Assembly (NCBI GenBank): GCA_050273025.1
Contig: CP158636.1
Location: 11,780,001-11,844,000, forward strand
Length of the DNA stretch: 64,000 bases
DNA from: Cenococcum geophilum
Taxonomy: Eukaryota
Direction: 5' to 3'
Made by a program: the position numbers and the translations under genes. Below the pieces are notes generated by a model. It saw nothing but the letters and a program-made list of their open reading frames with translations. It was not told the origin of the DNA and ran no database searches. Position 1 is the first letter of the stretch; each line of letters starts with the position of its first letter. Shown here piece after piece: positions 41,492 through 54,149 of this stretch.

Positions 41492-44466
41492 ATAGTATAT
41501 CCACGGTTCGATTTATATAGCTAAATCAACTACTAAGTTACAATTTGGCAGGCAAAAGGTCCGTGCGCTTAGCGGCATGTAGACGTTACCCCATGTTTAC
41601 GGTCGATCTTCGATCACCAGCAACGCCGCAGCAACATCGCGCTCTTAACACCCATTAAGCGCTATGCGTAAAGCTGTCTAAGGGCTCTCTGCTCGCACTA
41701 GGATGGTAAGAATTAGCCGTAGGTTAATAAAGATATTTGTGTTTTGGATTAGGCGCCGCTATTATATAAGTACCCCACTAAACTTATACCGCACTAAAAT
41801 AAGCCCCTAAGGGGCTATAGATAAAGGCTTTAAGAGGACTCCTTAGAAGTTAGATATATATACTATTTTAAAGCTTTTTTACCTACTTAAAGCCGTTTAC
41901 AAAGCTAATCTAGCGAGCACTGTATCCGCTCCTGCTATTAATTAACCTACTATATAGCCGCTTCCTCGCTAACCCTTTAGGCCTACGCGACCCGCCTAAT
42001 CTCCTTAATAACCTTAAGCCGTAGGGAGTACTATTAGAGCTCGTTTTGCTAACTAGCCCGCCATCTACTACCCCATTTAGAATCTAGCACTACTATAAAA
42101 GAATTACCTCTAAGCCCTTTAGTCTACTCGCGCCAAAGGGCCTATACGGACTTTACTATACGGTATATACAATATACGGGCGGCTGCTTAGGCGGCTACT
42201 CGGGCTTAGGCCCTTGCTACAGCTATAGCTATAGCTATAGCTGCGGCGGCGCTAGTAAAGGGGAAGCTATAGCACTTACCCAGGCCGACGTATCCTGGCT
42301 TAATTCCGCGACAGATAGAGGCGCCAGTAGATATACTGTCGGTAGACGTACCGTCAGTAGGTGTGCCGTTAGTAGGTATGCCATTAAACGCGAATATACG
42401 GATGCCGAAGAAACCTTAAGCCAAAAGGTAAGGCTGCCAAACGTAAGTAATTAAAGCTGTAAAGACTGCGCCTACTAGGACTTGGCTATACGGTTAAACA
42501 ACGCCTATAGCTCGCGTACTCGGGCGTCTATAGTCTTTAGGTGGTCCATAATAGCCAGCATAGCCTAGTAGAGTATTAATAGCTAGCTAGGGCCTTCTTC
42601 CTCCTGCTATAGGCAGGCTTCAACCTTCCGCGCGAAGGGTAGATAGGCCTTATATTAGAAGGCCGGGTAGTTCTATATAGGGCTGCTTAGGAACATCTCG
42701 CGGAGGACTACTAAGTCCTATAGGATAACCTCCCGGAGGTAAAACAGGAGGTTCGTAGCGCCCGTAGCCGTAAGGTCGTTAACCTAGCTAACCTAAGGGC
42801 TAAACCGACCCTTTTAGACGTCTAGCTCTGGCCAGATCGTCAACAGTAGTACGTTAGGGGGGGCGACGCTTACCCTATAAATCTCAAAGTAGCCCATCTA
42901 CGGCGAATAGCCGGCTATCGTCTACATAAACTCCCGCGGTAGCGAGTTTAAGTAGTAGCTAACTATCTGCTCCTGGTTTTACCTACCGGCGCGTCTAATC
43001 TAGTCCTCACTAACCCCTTTTAGCTCCGCCGTCTTAGCGCCAGCGCTTCGCCCAATATAGGTCTTTTTTTATAAGAAGACGTTAATAAACTAGAACGCCT
43101 TAGTAACCTACTCCCACTATAAGTTGTATAAGAAGGCCGCCTTACGGTCCCCGGCGCTACTCTTAATTAGGCGGATATTATACTACGCTAACCGCTTACT
43201 AAAGTCCGGGAACGGCTTATCGCTAAGGTCCCAGTAGTATAGAAGGTAGAAAGCTAGCCTACTAAGCATATAGATAAGCGGCTTCTTATTATATAGAGCC
43301 CCAATAGTTTTAAGGCGGCCGTGCTAGTTCTGCTTACCGGCGCATATAGTAAATATTAGGGGCATACAGCGCGTAGGGCCTTCCCCCCTAAACTTAAAGG
43401 TAAATAGGTCTAAGATCTCGGCGGAGCGCCTATCGCCGCCACAGGTAAGCATGTAGTGGCCTAGTAGGATATCTATAAGCATGCGGAGGTAGCATTTTAG
43501 CGAGGAGTCTCCGCGGGCCTATAGCTTGCGGTAGACGCTCTTAAACTCGTCCTCCGTATATCCGTTAAGCAGCGTGTTCCTGCCCTTATCTGCGAACTGC
43601 TCCTTTTCCCACTGCGCGTCCCTCCGCTATAGAACCTTTAGGTAATCCCTAATGTTATCCTCCCGCGGGGACTAGTGGCTATTTATCCCTATACCCTTCT
43701 ACGTCCGGTAAAGGTCCATTAGGGCAGTAATATAGCCGCGAACTAAGCGCTAGGAGAGCCGCGTCTCGTCCTAGGGCACGTCATCGCTAGCCTTATGGCT
43801 TTTCCCTTTTAGTGGCCGGCCTGTAACCTCCTTAACAAAAAAAAGAAGTAGCTTCTCTTCCGTAATGGTATCGCCATTACAGTACTGCTTCCGCTTGCAA
43901 AAGGCCTAGGAAGACACGCGTTAGTTATAAGTATACTGCTCCGTAAAGCACCTACCTACTTACCTTAAACTCTTTCTGCTTTAGCTCGTAATTTAGAGAC
44001 GTATTTTTAGGCCTCTCGGTACGCGTAAGGGTAAGGATGCTCTACGCGTTAGCGCGTAGTTCGGCATTATTCGTGACGTTAATCTTTACGCAACTAATTG
44101 ACGCCATTTTTAAGATACGTAGGATGCTGCTAGAGAAGCCGCGCCCTAAGGGGGGGTTCCTATTTTCCTATATACGCAGACGTAGACTAGGGGGAGAGGT
44201 AGAAAAAGCATACCTACCTACCAGCCGCTCAGCGAGAGCGGATAAGTGACCTTACCGCATAGGGTAAATATACGGGCGCACGGCTGGGCCAATAGGCTAA
44301 TAGTACGCGCGCATCAGCGACTCGATCAGCGGGGGTAAGGACATTCGAATCTGTCCACGGCTTGGCTGCAGGCTTGGCCGTCGACATTCACGAATGTCGA
44401 CGGGGGTCGTATGTGTCACGTGCGGCTCAGCGACTGAGCGGGCGCTCAGCCGAGCCGTGAACACCA
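41492..44466 (-). mobile_element. Crypton element B (boundaries approximate)
   Basis: Encodes a full YR gene; imperfect inverted end motifs TATCCACGGTTCG (~41498) and CGAGCCGTGAACA (44451-44463). Confidence 0.75.
41863..44107 (-). pseudogene. Crypton tyrosine recombinase with GCR1_C-like C-terminus, full length, RIP-inactivated
   Basis: MASIS...RPKNTSLNYExKQKEFK, intron ~43907-43962 (GTAAGT...TAG), GDTITEEKLLLF, GGDRRSAEISDL, GKQN, KT(H>Y)IGRSAGAKTAEL, IRRAGR, xxYLNSLPREFM, ALWRExTxGL. Confidence 0.9.
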
Positions 44467-44486
44467 CTATAGGGCTTTATAGGCCC

Positions 44487-44724
44487 CATCAGGAAATTTT
44501 TTTTTGGCCCCGTTGTTGCAAGCGAAAATCGGGGTCTGCAAAACCTGCGTAAGTCGCAATTTTGGCAATTTGCGGGCAATTTGCAGCAATTTGCTACAAA
44601 CACATAGGCTACCTATGCACACGCCTGGCCTATCTATGTGTTTGTAGCAAATTGCCAAAATTACGACTTACGCAGACCCCGATTTTCGCTTGCAACAACG
44701 TGCCCAAATTTTTTTTCCCTGATG
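44487..44724. repeat. ~240-bp foldback (palindrome) forming one end of element X
   Basis: GTTGTTGCAAGCGAAAATCGGGGTCTGC mirrored by GCAGACCCCGATTTTCGCTTGCAACAAC; second copy at 55713-55978. Confidence 0.92.
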
Positions 44725-44727
44725 GCC

Positions 44728-45035
44728 AGAGGCTCTGCACGAGGCTCTACATAAAGCTCTGCACGAAGCTCTGCACGAAGCTCTACACGAAGCTCTACAC
44801 GAAGCTCTACACGAAGCTCTACACGAAGCTTTGCACAAGGCTCTACGGGCTCTACACGAAGCTCTGCACGAAGCTCTACACGAAGCTCTGCACGAAGCTC
44901 TATATAAAGCTCTACACGAAGCTCTGCACAAAGCTCTACGAAGCTCTACACGAAGCTCTACATATAGAGGCTCTGCACGAGGCTCTGCGCGAAGCTCTGC
45001 GTACGGAGGCTCTACACAAAGCTCTACACAAAGCC
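44728..45035 (+). repeat. 12-bp satellite ACGAAGCTCT(A/G)C, short array
   Basis: Directly visible. Confidence 0.95.
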
Positions 45036-47504
45036 TTTGTGTGTGCGCGGGACACACTACTATCGGGTCCCCGCTATAACGTCTTAGCCACCCAAACGAA
45101 ACAGCCACCCACCCGAGACAGTGCACGGACCTCCTACCAAAATCAAAATCAATTTGACATCAAAATCAACCTCAAAATCAACCCAAATCTACCCTATTAT
45201 ATAAATACACTATAATCCATTGGTAGTTCCTTCCAAACCTTCTTTGCAAAGGTAATAACCCCCTATAATGCAGCCTTCCTTTCCTTTACCCTCTTCTCTT
45301 CCTGCTCCTTTTAAAGCTTTTCCTCGTTCTTCTTTTATACCTCTGCTACTAATAAAACTCGTGCCTTCCCATAGGCAGCTTTTGTCTTATTATAACGCTC
45401 CTTCTTCTGTCTTTTAAGAAGCTCCTAATTTGTTTGCTTAAGGATTGTATTATTAGCTACCGTATTTAATATAAACTGCCGAATATTATACACAACTTAA
45501 GAATGTAGGGGTGATGCACCTTATAAGAGCTGCCTAAATATTTTAGTAAGTCTCTCCTCTACGGAAGGAGACACGGGTATATTAAATTGGTGGCCATTCT
45601 TGTCTGTAAAGCTTATATAGGAAGGAGTTGTTAGCTAAATCTTTTCTAAAACAACCGAAGGATCGAACGGTAGAAGGCCAGTTGCCTGCCATGCATTTGC
45701 TATATTGGTTAATAATATAGCTTCGCATTGTGCAGCTTGGTAATACTTAAGGAACTTAGGCTTAGTAATATTAACAGCTCTATAGAAGGCGAAGTTGTGG
45801 AGGCGCTTTCGATAGGCTTTTGATAAGGGGCTAAATATACCGACATCTAGGGGTTGGAGTAGGTGTGTCGAATAAGGTGGTAGATAGAGAGGGATAATCT
45901 TATAAGCCTCGCAATACTTAGTAAACTGTATTAATACGTAGCTCTTATATCCGTCAAGAATTAATAGGCAATAGATTCCTTAAAGGCATGGCTCTGTATA
46001 TTGGTTAAAGTGTTTTAACCAATTAACTATAATGTCCGAATTTGTCCACCCTAAATCGCTTACTTAAATTACTGTCTCGCGATTAAGTCTAGGTAATATC
46101 CAAGATCGTTGCATTTGCTTCCCCTAAAAGATAAGGTAAGGAGGTAATTAATATTGACTTCCTAATATACACTCAATAATAAACACCTAATTGCGATTGC
46201 CTGGCTCTGTAATAAAAGCTTAAGCCTCTAATTAAGGAATAAGCACCTTAACCTTATCGCCTAACCCCATTGCAATTCCTTTCTCATCTATATTATACTA
46301 ATCGCCTAGGGGAATTGCGTACTTAGTAATAGTAACTTTATAGAGATTAAACCACTCTTTAATAATCTCTAGATCCTCAGCATCCTTTTGCTTTTAATTA
46401 AGGCCTTAGGCAAATCGAACTTTGAGCTCCGGGTATCGGGTAAGGAAGTTTTTATACTAGTGTTGGCTAAGCTCTAGAGGACGCTTCTTTACAGTAAGGA
46501 TACTTTTAGCCATAGATTTAAGGTGTTAAATTGTAAGAGGCCAGCCTAACCGGAACGTATAATTATCTAATCGACAGTGTCACCGGTAAGTAGAAGGTAA
46601 GTCGAAGGTAAATAGAAGGTAAGTTAAGGGTAGAATGAGTTTCACGTATTAAAGGACAAATGCTTCTAACTACTTCTATTTAGAGACTAATTGCTAGTTC
46701 TTCTCTAGAGGAGAACCAGCTCCCTATATAATCTTTCTAAGACGCTAGTAAAACCCTTTACCCCTTATCTGTCTAACCGTGTCTTCTAGGACGTAGATGG
46801 AATATAGATAAGACCTCCTTTTGGAATATAGATGAGACCTCCTTTTGGAACATAGATGAGACCTCCTTTTGTCTTATCTGATATATACCTTCTAGGGAAT
46901 TCCGTTACAATTGCCTCCCCTTTAAGGGTCTTGGTCCTCTAAGACTTTGCCTCTACTAAGCTTTTATAAAGTTTTAGCTAAAACCACTGGGGAAATTCTT
47001 AGTGGAAAGGTACTCTATAATGCGGCTTATAGCTAGTTCTTTACTAGCGTAGAACCTTACTTTATTCTTAGTTCCTCTACTCTTTTCCTACTATAGTTTC
47101 TTATAATGCCTTTATAATGAAACTAAAATAATAATAATGAAAATTGGATAGGATTTACCTTTCTTATTATAAGAGTTTGTTATAAGTTAATCTGGAGGTT
47201 GTCCTATGCAACGCGTCTATAAGCTACTATCCCTATTCACCTAAAATGGATTCTAATAATAACGTCTTTATTTTAATTTTCTTCTAGTTTATAAGCTGTC
47301 GCCTCTTACGCGTCTTTTTATTAATAATACTATTCATCTCGTCTTTTAGCAGACTGTTTCCTCTATATCTCCGCTTTTAGCTTCTATATCTCTAGCTATT
47401 CTTTTACAGCTGCTTTATTCTCTTTTTATAATATATCTATAAGTAATAGAATCCCTACCTTATCTTCTTATAATAATGCTAACTTCTTAAAGTATTTTCT
47501 TATA

Positions 47505-48322
47505 ATGGCTCGTGGTCCCCAGACCGGCGGCAGTATTATTAATCTCCTGGTGACGCCCTAGACAGCGTCTATTACTCCTACAGCAGTTTCCCTAAAATGC
47601 TATCGTTGCTGCGTTCATGCTCTTACGTAGGATCCTTCCTACGTCTGTAAGATGCCTTACTCCAGCAAAAACAAATCTAAGTGCTCCTATTGTTGCAGCA
47701 GGAGAAAGACCTATATCCTAGTATTTCCCATTCTATCCTATTCTAGATTTCGCTAATTATACTAGATCCCCGCTGTCTATGCGTATAAGACTTATAGGCT
47801 CTAACGCGCCATCTAAGATTTCCGCTAATATCCCAATAGTGATAGGCGGGGATAGAAGGTGTCTTCCCTCGCTCGCAGACTCTTTAATTCTATAAGGGTT
47901 TCCACTGCTATAGAGACGTAACGTTCTTAGATATATAGTATCTAGGAGCGCATATGCGAACAGCTCGTCCTTATTAATAATAACATTCATACTCTTACGC
48001 GGGCTACTCTAGCTAGGTAAGTTTCTCTAGTGACTTACTTAGGAACTATACTAACTCCTTTAGCTAATATCTCTCTAATCCCTACTTAGACGCTAATTTA
48101 GAACCTAGGGATACTAAGGATAGTAACAAAGGTTAAGATAAACGTTCTCCTCGCCAGTCTCCTACCTATGCTAGTCCTTCCCATACCCATTATTTTAAGA
48201 AGAATGTTAATAGAAGTACTAATGCTTCTAGGGATAAAGGAGCCGATAATACCGTTAATAATAACATTAAAATGGAAGAAAAGGCTCCTATTACTATTGC
48301 TAGTGTTTAAGTTATTACCTAG
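47505..48322 (+). pseudogene. Antisense 3-exon gene inside Gypsy 2, Cys-rich N-terminus (exons 47505-47720, 47766-48016, 48064-48310 or 48322)
   Basis: MARGPQ...CYRCCVHALTxDPSYVCKMPYSSKNKSKCSYCCSRRKT; introns GTATTT..GCTAAT..TAG (45 nt) and GTAAGT..CTAAC..TAG (47 nt) preserve frame; only TAA/TAG stops. Confidence 0.68.
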
Positions 48323-51300
48323 CTTTTTCCTTTTTCTTATAGAATAGCTTTATATAGTGCCTCTCGGGTGCCTCTAGGATGCCCTATTATTAGGAATTAA
48401 CTTTATACTTTAGAAATGCCTTTATTCTAAGCTTTAGTAATAATCCATATAAACGCAGTATACTACTATAATCCCCATATATAATAAACGGGTGGTGTTC
48501 CTATAGGTGCCTTATAATTCCTTAAATTTTCTAATTCTTTATAGGCTGTCCTTTTACTCCTCTTCGTATCATTAACTCTACTATATATCTCCAGTGCTAG
48601 GCCGGATACTCTCCTTTTATCCCTAGGGGATCTTTCTAAATCCCTAAGGCCACTTTTTATAGTGCTACTACTCCTTCTTATACAGCGTCTTCTTTAAACA
48701 GTATCCCTGGTGGTTCTCCTATAGATCCCTATAGGCTTCCTCTTATAGGATTCTAGGATCCCTATTATAATAGCAAAACGTTTCCGTTCTTAATGCCTAT
48801 GCTTAATCCTATAGTTTTAATTTATGGGGTCTTCCCTATTACTTTACCTGTGGTATATCCGGAACCATTTCTAAGTCTTTACCTTTAGTTCTTAGGAAGG
48901 TTTTAATTACGGTGTTATATCCTAGCTAAAGGTACTTCTTAGGTTCCTAACTGTTATACGCCTAAGAGTATCCTTCCCAATAAACTAAAAATTCGCGCTT
49001 CTTCTGGCGCCATCTTTAGTCTAGAATATCTTCTACATTCTATTCTAGTTCCCTATTAATTTCGCTAAGTGGGGGCGGTTCCGTACTATTTCTTCTCCGG
49101 TATAACTCTAGCAAGAAAATATAAAATATAGGATATATTAGATAAGATTTCGGTAATTCCAATTTGTAGGCTTAGTTTCCTTTAGTTTTCTTAACTATCT
49201 TAAAGGGTCTAAGCTACCGGTAATCCAGCTTCTTCTTAATGCGTTTTATTCGGATATTTTTTATAGATAGTAAGACTTCATCTCCTATCTCGAATTCTTT
49301 TAGTATATATTTTTCGTCATAGTACCTTTTTTGCACGGCCTGGGCGTCTAGCAAGTGCTTTTTAAGTTCCTCTCTACGAATTCTTATTTGCTTAATTCTT
49401 TCGGATACTACTAGTGCCTCTTTTTTAGGAATAATATCCTTAACGTTTTAGGGGTTATTTACTTTTACCCCGAACAATGCTTTATAAGGGGTTATTTTTA
49501 TACTGCTGTGGATGCTTATATTATATATATACTACGCCAGAGCTAACCACAATATCTAATCATCCTATTAATAATTAACATAGTAGCGGAGGTAGTGTTC
49601 CAATAACGCATTTAGACGCTCTATTTGCCCGTCTGTTTGCGGGTAAAAGGTAGTGCTTATCCTTCGCCGTATTTTTAATAAGAGACAGAATAAAGACCAA
49701 AATATACTGTTAAATACGGTGCCTCTATTAGATATAATTCCCCTTAGCGTGCTAAACAAGAGCTACTGTTCCAAAAATAGGTCTGCCAGTTCTGCTGCTA
49801 TAATCGTTATTATAATAGTAAAGTATCCTAAAAACTTTATATACCTATTGACGATTACTAGAATAGCGTTAGCAACCTCTCTAGTTCTTATCTTAGTAGG
49901 GGGTAAGCCTATAATAAAATCCATTGTTAATTCTAATATGGGTCCCTACGGAATAGGAAGTACTAATAACTTGCCGTATAGGCGATGCCTAGATATCTAT
50001 ATCCTTTAGTACGTATTATACCTTAATATATAGTCCCTAACCTTTTTAAACATTCCGTCCTAAAAGTATTTCCTTTAAACGGCCTTAAGGGTTCTATTGG
50101 CACTATAGTAACCCCTAAAAGGGTCGTTATAAAAGACCTTTAGAATTTTATCTTAAATTGCTTAGTCCTTTGGGACATATATAGCACCCTTAAAGCGCAA
50201 TAGACCTTTTTAGTCTTGCTACTACAGCTTCTTAGTAACTCCAGCTAAGTTGGTCTCCACTATATCTTTCCACCTCTCCCCAGAGGCGAAGGCGTCCCTT
50301 TATTAAGCTTAAAGAAGAAGGTCCAGAAAGGTTTTATATAGATCACTTGCTTCCATTTTACCTACCGCTATTATAAACTTAAGGCATAGCACGAGACGTT
50401 TTAAACCATTAGTACCAGTAGATTCTCCTACCATTATACAGTATGCCACGCTATAGATAGGCATCTCGCCTATCCCCCTTAGATCCGAAAACTCGCAGCT
50501 AATGCGCCGTTAAGTTAAAGGTGCCGTAACACCTCTAGCACATCCCGCAGAATTCTCGCTAATTCTAGGGTACGCCAACTTTGTAACGTCTGCTTAGTCT
50601 ATAACCTAGTCTATAACCATATCCTACGGCTCCACAATTATATCGCTTTGCAGCTGCATTGTTAGGACCTCTACCCTACCGCGAAATTCTATAGTTCTAG
50701 GGAAAAAGTCTTCTTTCTTCCTAAGCAAATTTTGCAATATAGGGATTATTTCCCCTATACTGTCCTAGATTCTCCCTGTCTCATAATCCAGACGTCTTAA
50801 TAACCCATTAGCAGGATTTATCTTTCCTAGGCGGTACGTAATCTTAAAATTATACTATAATAGTGCCTCTACCTACCTAGCTTATTAACCGCTTAACACC
50901 TTTATAGTTATAAAGTATTCTAGGTTGTTATAGTCTATAAGGACTTTAATAGGGTAATTGCTTCCCATACAATAATATCGCTAATGCTTTATTACTGCGA
51001 CTATCGCAAGTAACTCCTAATCGTGCGTTATATAACGCTGTTCTGTAAGGGTTATCTTCCTAGACCAAAACGCCACAGGATACTATTTTCCGTCTTTTAA
51101 TTGAGATATAATTGCCCCTAGGGCAAAGCCGGATGCATCCGTTTTAAGGTATATACGTAGCTTCTAACAGAAGTATATTAGGATAGGCACCGACGTAAAC
51201 AAATCCTTTAACCGGTCTATAGCCTACTTAGCAGCTTCCCCAAATATAAAGGGTCCTAACTTCTTATTATTCTTAGATCCTTTTAATAGATTGGTAATTG

Positions 51301-53136
51301 GGAGCATTACTTATAAGTAGTAAACAATAAACGTTTGGTAGAAGTTCGCCATGCCTAAGAAAACCTATACTTCTCTAAATGTCATAGGGTAGGGCTATTC
51401 CCTAATAGCGTCCACCCGACTTTTCTCCATTAATATTCCATTAACGCTAATAATAAAGCCTAAAAAATTAATGCTAGTAGTATAGAATGTGCACTTTTTT
51501 AGGTTTATATAGAGCTTATATTTCCGTAGTCTTTCTAGTACTATTTATACGTGGTGCGTATGTGCTTCGTAGTTATTAGAGTAGACTATAATGTTATTAA
51601 GGTAGACTATATATATCGTGTCCAATAGGCCCAATAATGCCTTATTAATATAGGCCTAAAATATTACTAGTACGTTAGTGAGCCCGAATGGCATTACTAG
51701 GTACTTAAAGTGGCCGTACCGTGTTTAGAACGCCGTTTTCTACTTATCGCCGGCTTTAATCCGGATTTAATGGTATATATCTTTTAGATCTAATTTCGTA
51801 AATATCTTTACGCCCAACAGCCTATTAATAAGCTCCCCTATTAAGGGTAATGGGTAGCGATTCTTTATAGTAATCTTATTTAGCGCCTAATAGTTAATAT
51901 AGAGGCAAAGGGTCCCGTCCTTCTTAGGTATAAATATAATCGGTGCCCCTGCCGGGCTTGTAGAGGGCCAAATCTATCCTCTCTAAAGATTGTCCACTAT
52001 ATATTAACGCAGTACCGCCAGCTTATTTTCTAATAGGTTATATAGTAGTCTAAAAGGAGGTTGTTTATCCTCTATATCTATCTTATACTTAACTAATATA
52101 GAGTTAGGTAAGGTTTGTGTAGCTTCTTTACTAAAAACATCCTCTAAGTCCGCATATTCCTGTGGAATCTCTAGTTCCTTAACTGCGTATAGCCGGATAT
52201 CCGAAAATAAATATCCCGTGTCCCCGTTCTTAGTGTTAAGAGTAGCATACATAATATATACCTACCCTTCTTCTTATATATAGTTTAAGAAAGTCTTCTA
52301 ATCTTCGACTATAATGCGTGGTTAAGACTTCTGATATCGATACGAGGCTAAAGGCCAATTAATGTCCGGATTAACTTGGCGAAGCCATAGGTATCCCAAA
52401 ACAAGGTCGTACCTCTTGATTTCTGCGGCATAGAACATCAGGAAAAATTTTTTTGGGGTCGTTGTTGCGGTTTGTAGCAAATTGCCGCAAACCGTACGGT
52501 TACGGCAGATGTATATAGTCGATAGCAATTTGCGCAAAACGCACGTTTTATAACAAGTTTACAGCACCCTAATAGCAATTTACACGTTTTATAATAAATT
52601 TACAGCACCTAATAGCAAATTGCGGCAAAACGCTACCCCATAAATAAATAGTGCGCAAACTATACGAATTGTACGAATTGTAAAAACTGTACAAATTGTA
52701 CGAATTATACGAATTATACAAATTGTAACTATATAAATTATAATTATATTATATAATAACCAAATTATCACATATTTCCATAGATTTCTGTAGTATACTT
52801 TTAAATATATTTATATTATAACTATATAAAATATAGAGCTATCTACTTTAGGCGTTAAGGGGGAAGCCTTTCGCGGAGGCTCTAAATTATCTACCTACCT
52901 ACCTACCTACCTACCTGCCTGCCTACCTGCCTGCCTACCTGCCTACCTACCTACCTACTTGCCTACCTGTCTGTCTATACCTACCCGTCTATACCTACCT
53001 ATCTATGCCTACCTATCTGTGCCTACCTGTCTATATCACCTTAATTCAATCAATTGATCGAATCGTTTATTGTGTTCGCTGGCTGGTCGTTCAAACAGTT
53101 ATCATGTGGCTTTGGCGACAGTCGTGTGGCGATAAC

Positions 53137-53985
53137 AACGGTCGTCTGGCTCTAACGGTCGTCTAACTCTAACAATAGTTATCTAGCTCCGGCGACGGCC
53201 GTCTAGCTCTAATGACGGTCGTCTAGCTCTAACGGTCGTCTAGCTTTGGCAATAGTTATCTAGCTCTGGCAACAATCGTCTAGCTCTAATAACGGTCGTC
53301 TGGCTCTAACGACGGTCGTCTAGCTCTAACGGTCGTCTAGCTCTAGCGACGGTTATCTAGCTCCGGCGACGGTCGTCTGGCTCTAATAACGGTCGTCTGG
53401 CTCTAACGGTCGTCTAGCTCTAGCAACGGTTATCTAGCTCCGGCGACGGCCGTCTAGCTCTAACGACGGTCGTCTAGCTCTAACGGTCGTCTAGCTCTAG
53501 TAACGGTTATCTAGCTCCGGCAACAGCCGTCTAGCTCTAATAACGGTCGTCCAGCTCTAGCAACGGTTATCTAGCTCCGGCGACGGTCGTCTAGCTCTAA
53601 CAACGGTTATCTGGCTCTAACGGTCGTCTAGCTCTGACGACGGTCATCTAGCTCCAGCGACGGCCGTCTAGCTCTAATAACGGTCATCTAGCTTTAATAA
53701 CGGTCGTCTAGCTCTAACAACGGTCGTCTAGCTCTAGCAACGGTTATCTAGCTCTGGCAACAGTTATCTAGCTCTAACGGTTATCTAGCTCTAGCGACGG
53801 TCATCTAGCTTTAGCAACAGTCGTCTAGCTCTAACAACGGTCATCTAGCTCTAGTAACGGTTATCTAGCTCTAGCGATAGTTATCTAGCTCTAACAACGG
53901 TTGTCTGGCTCTAACGACGGTCGTCTAGCTCTAACAGTTGTTTAGCTCTAGTAATAGTCGTCTAGCTCTAGTAACGGTCGTCTAC
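53137..53985 (+). repeat. 15/18-bp satellite (GACGGTCGTCTAGCTCTA-like)
   Basis: Directly visible; short counterpart at ~58366-58490. Confidence 0.95.
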
Positions 53986-54149
53986 TAGCTATTATTCTAG
54001 TATCTTCCTAGGTAGGGAGGATATAAGGAAGGGTAAAAAATAAGGTAGCTACCTAGGTAAATATAAGGGGTATACTTAGCAGAGGCACGTGTTAAGGCTA
54101 TTAGGAATATAGCGGGGACCTAATAGTAGTATGTCGCGTATATATATAA

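Larger units (their letters stand above)
29035..44469. mobile_element. MITE-2, inverted copy of MITE-1, fragmented by nested insertions
   Basis: Pieces 29035-29043, 36031-36261, 38890-39002, 41322-41491 and probably 44467-44469 join into the reverse complement of MITE-1. Confidence 0.82.

Noticed and set aside
41863..44107. Starship captain or host Ndc10/GCR1 gene
   Set aside because: Compact ~3-kb element with YR plus GCR1_C-like tail, RIP damage and a paralog nearby fit a Crypton; no adjacent cargo array.
44467..45215. Overlapping ORFs with KLYT/EALH/RASC repeats
   Set aside because: Products of the foldback and 12-bp array; the longest crosses a pogo TIR junction.
47757..47990. 77-aa minus-strand ORF as an env-like gene
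   Set aside because: Short, and lies antisense to the better-supported spliced plus-strand frame.
53137..53985. CRISPR-like appearance of periodic repeats (also 27780-28212)
   Set aside because: Head-to-tail units without unique spacers, no cas genes, eukaryotic context.
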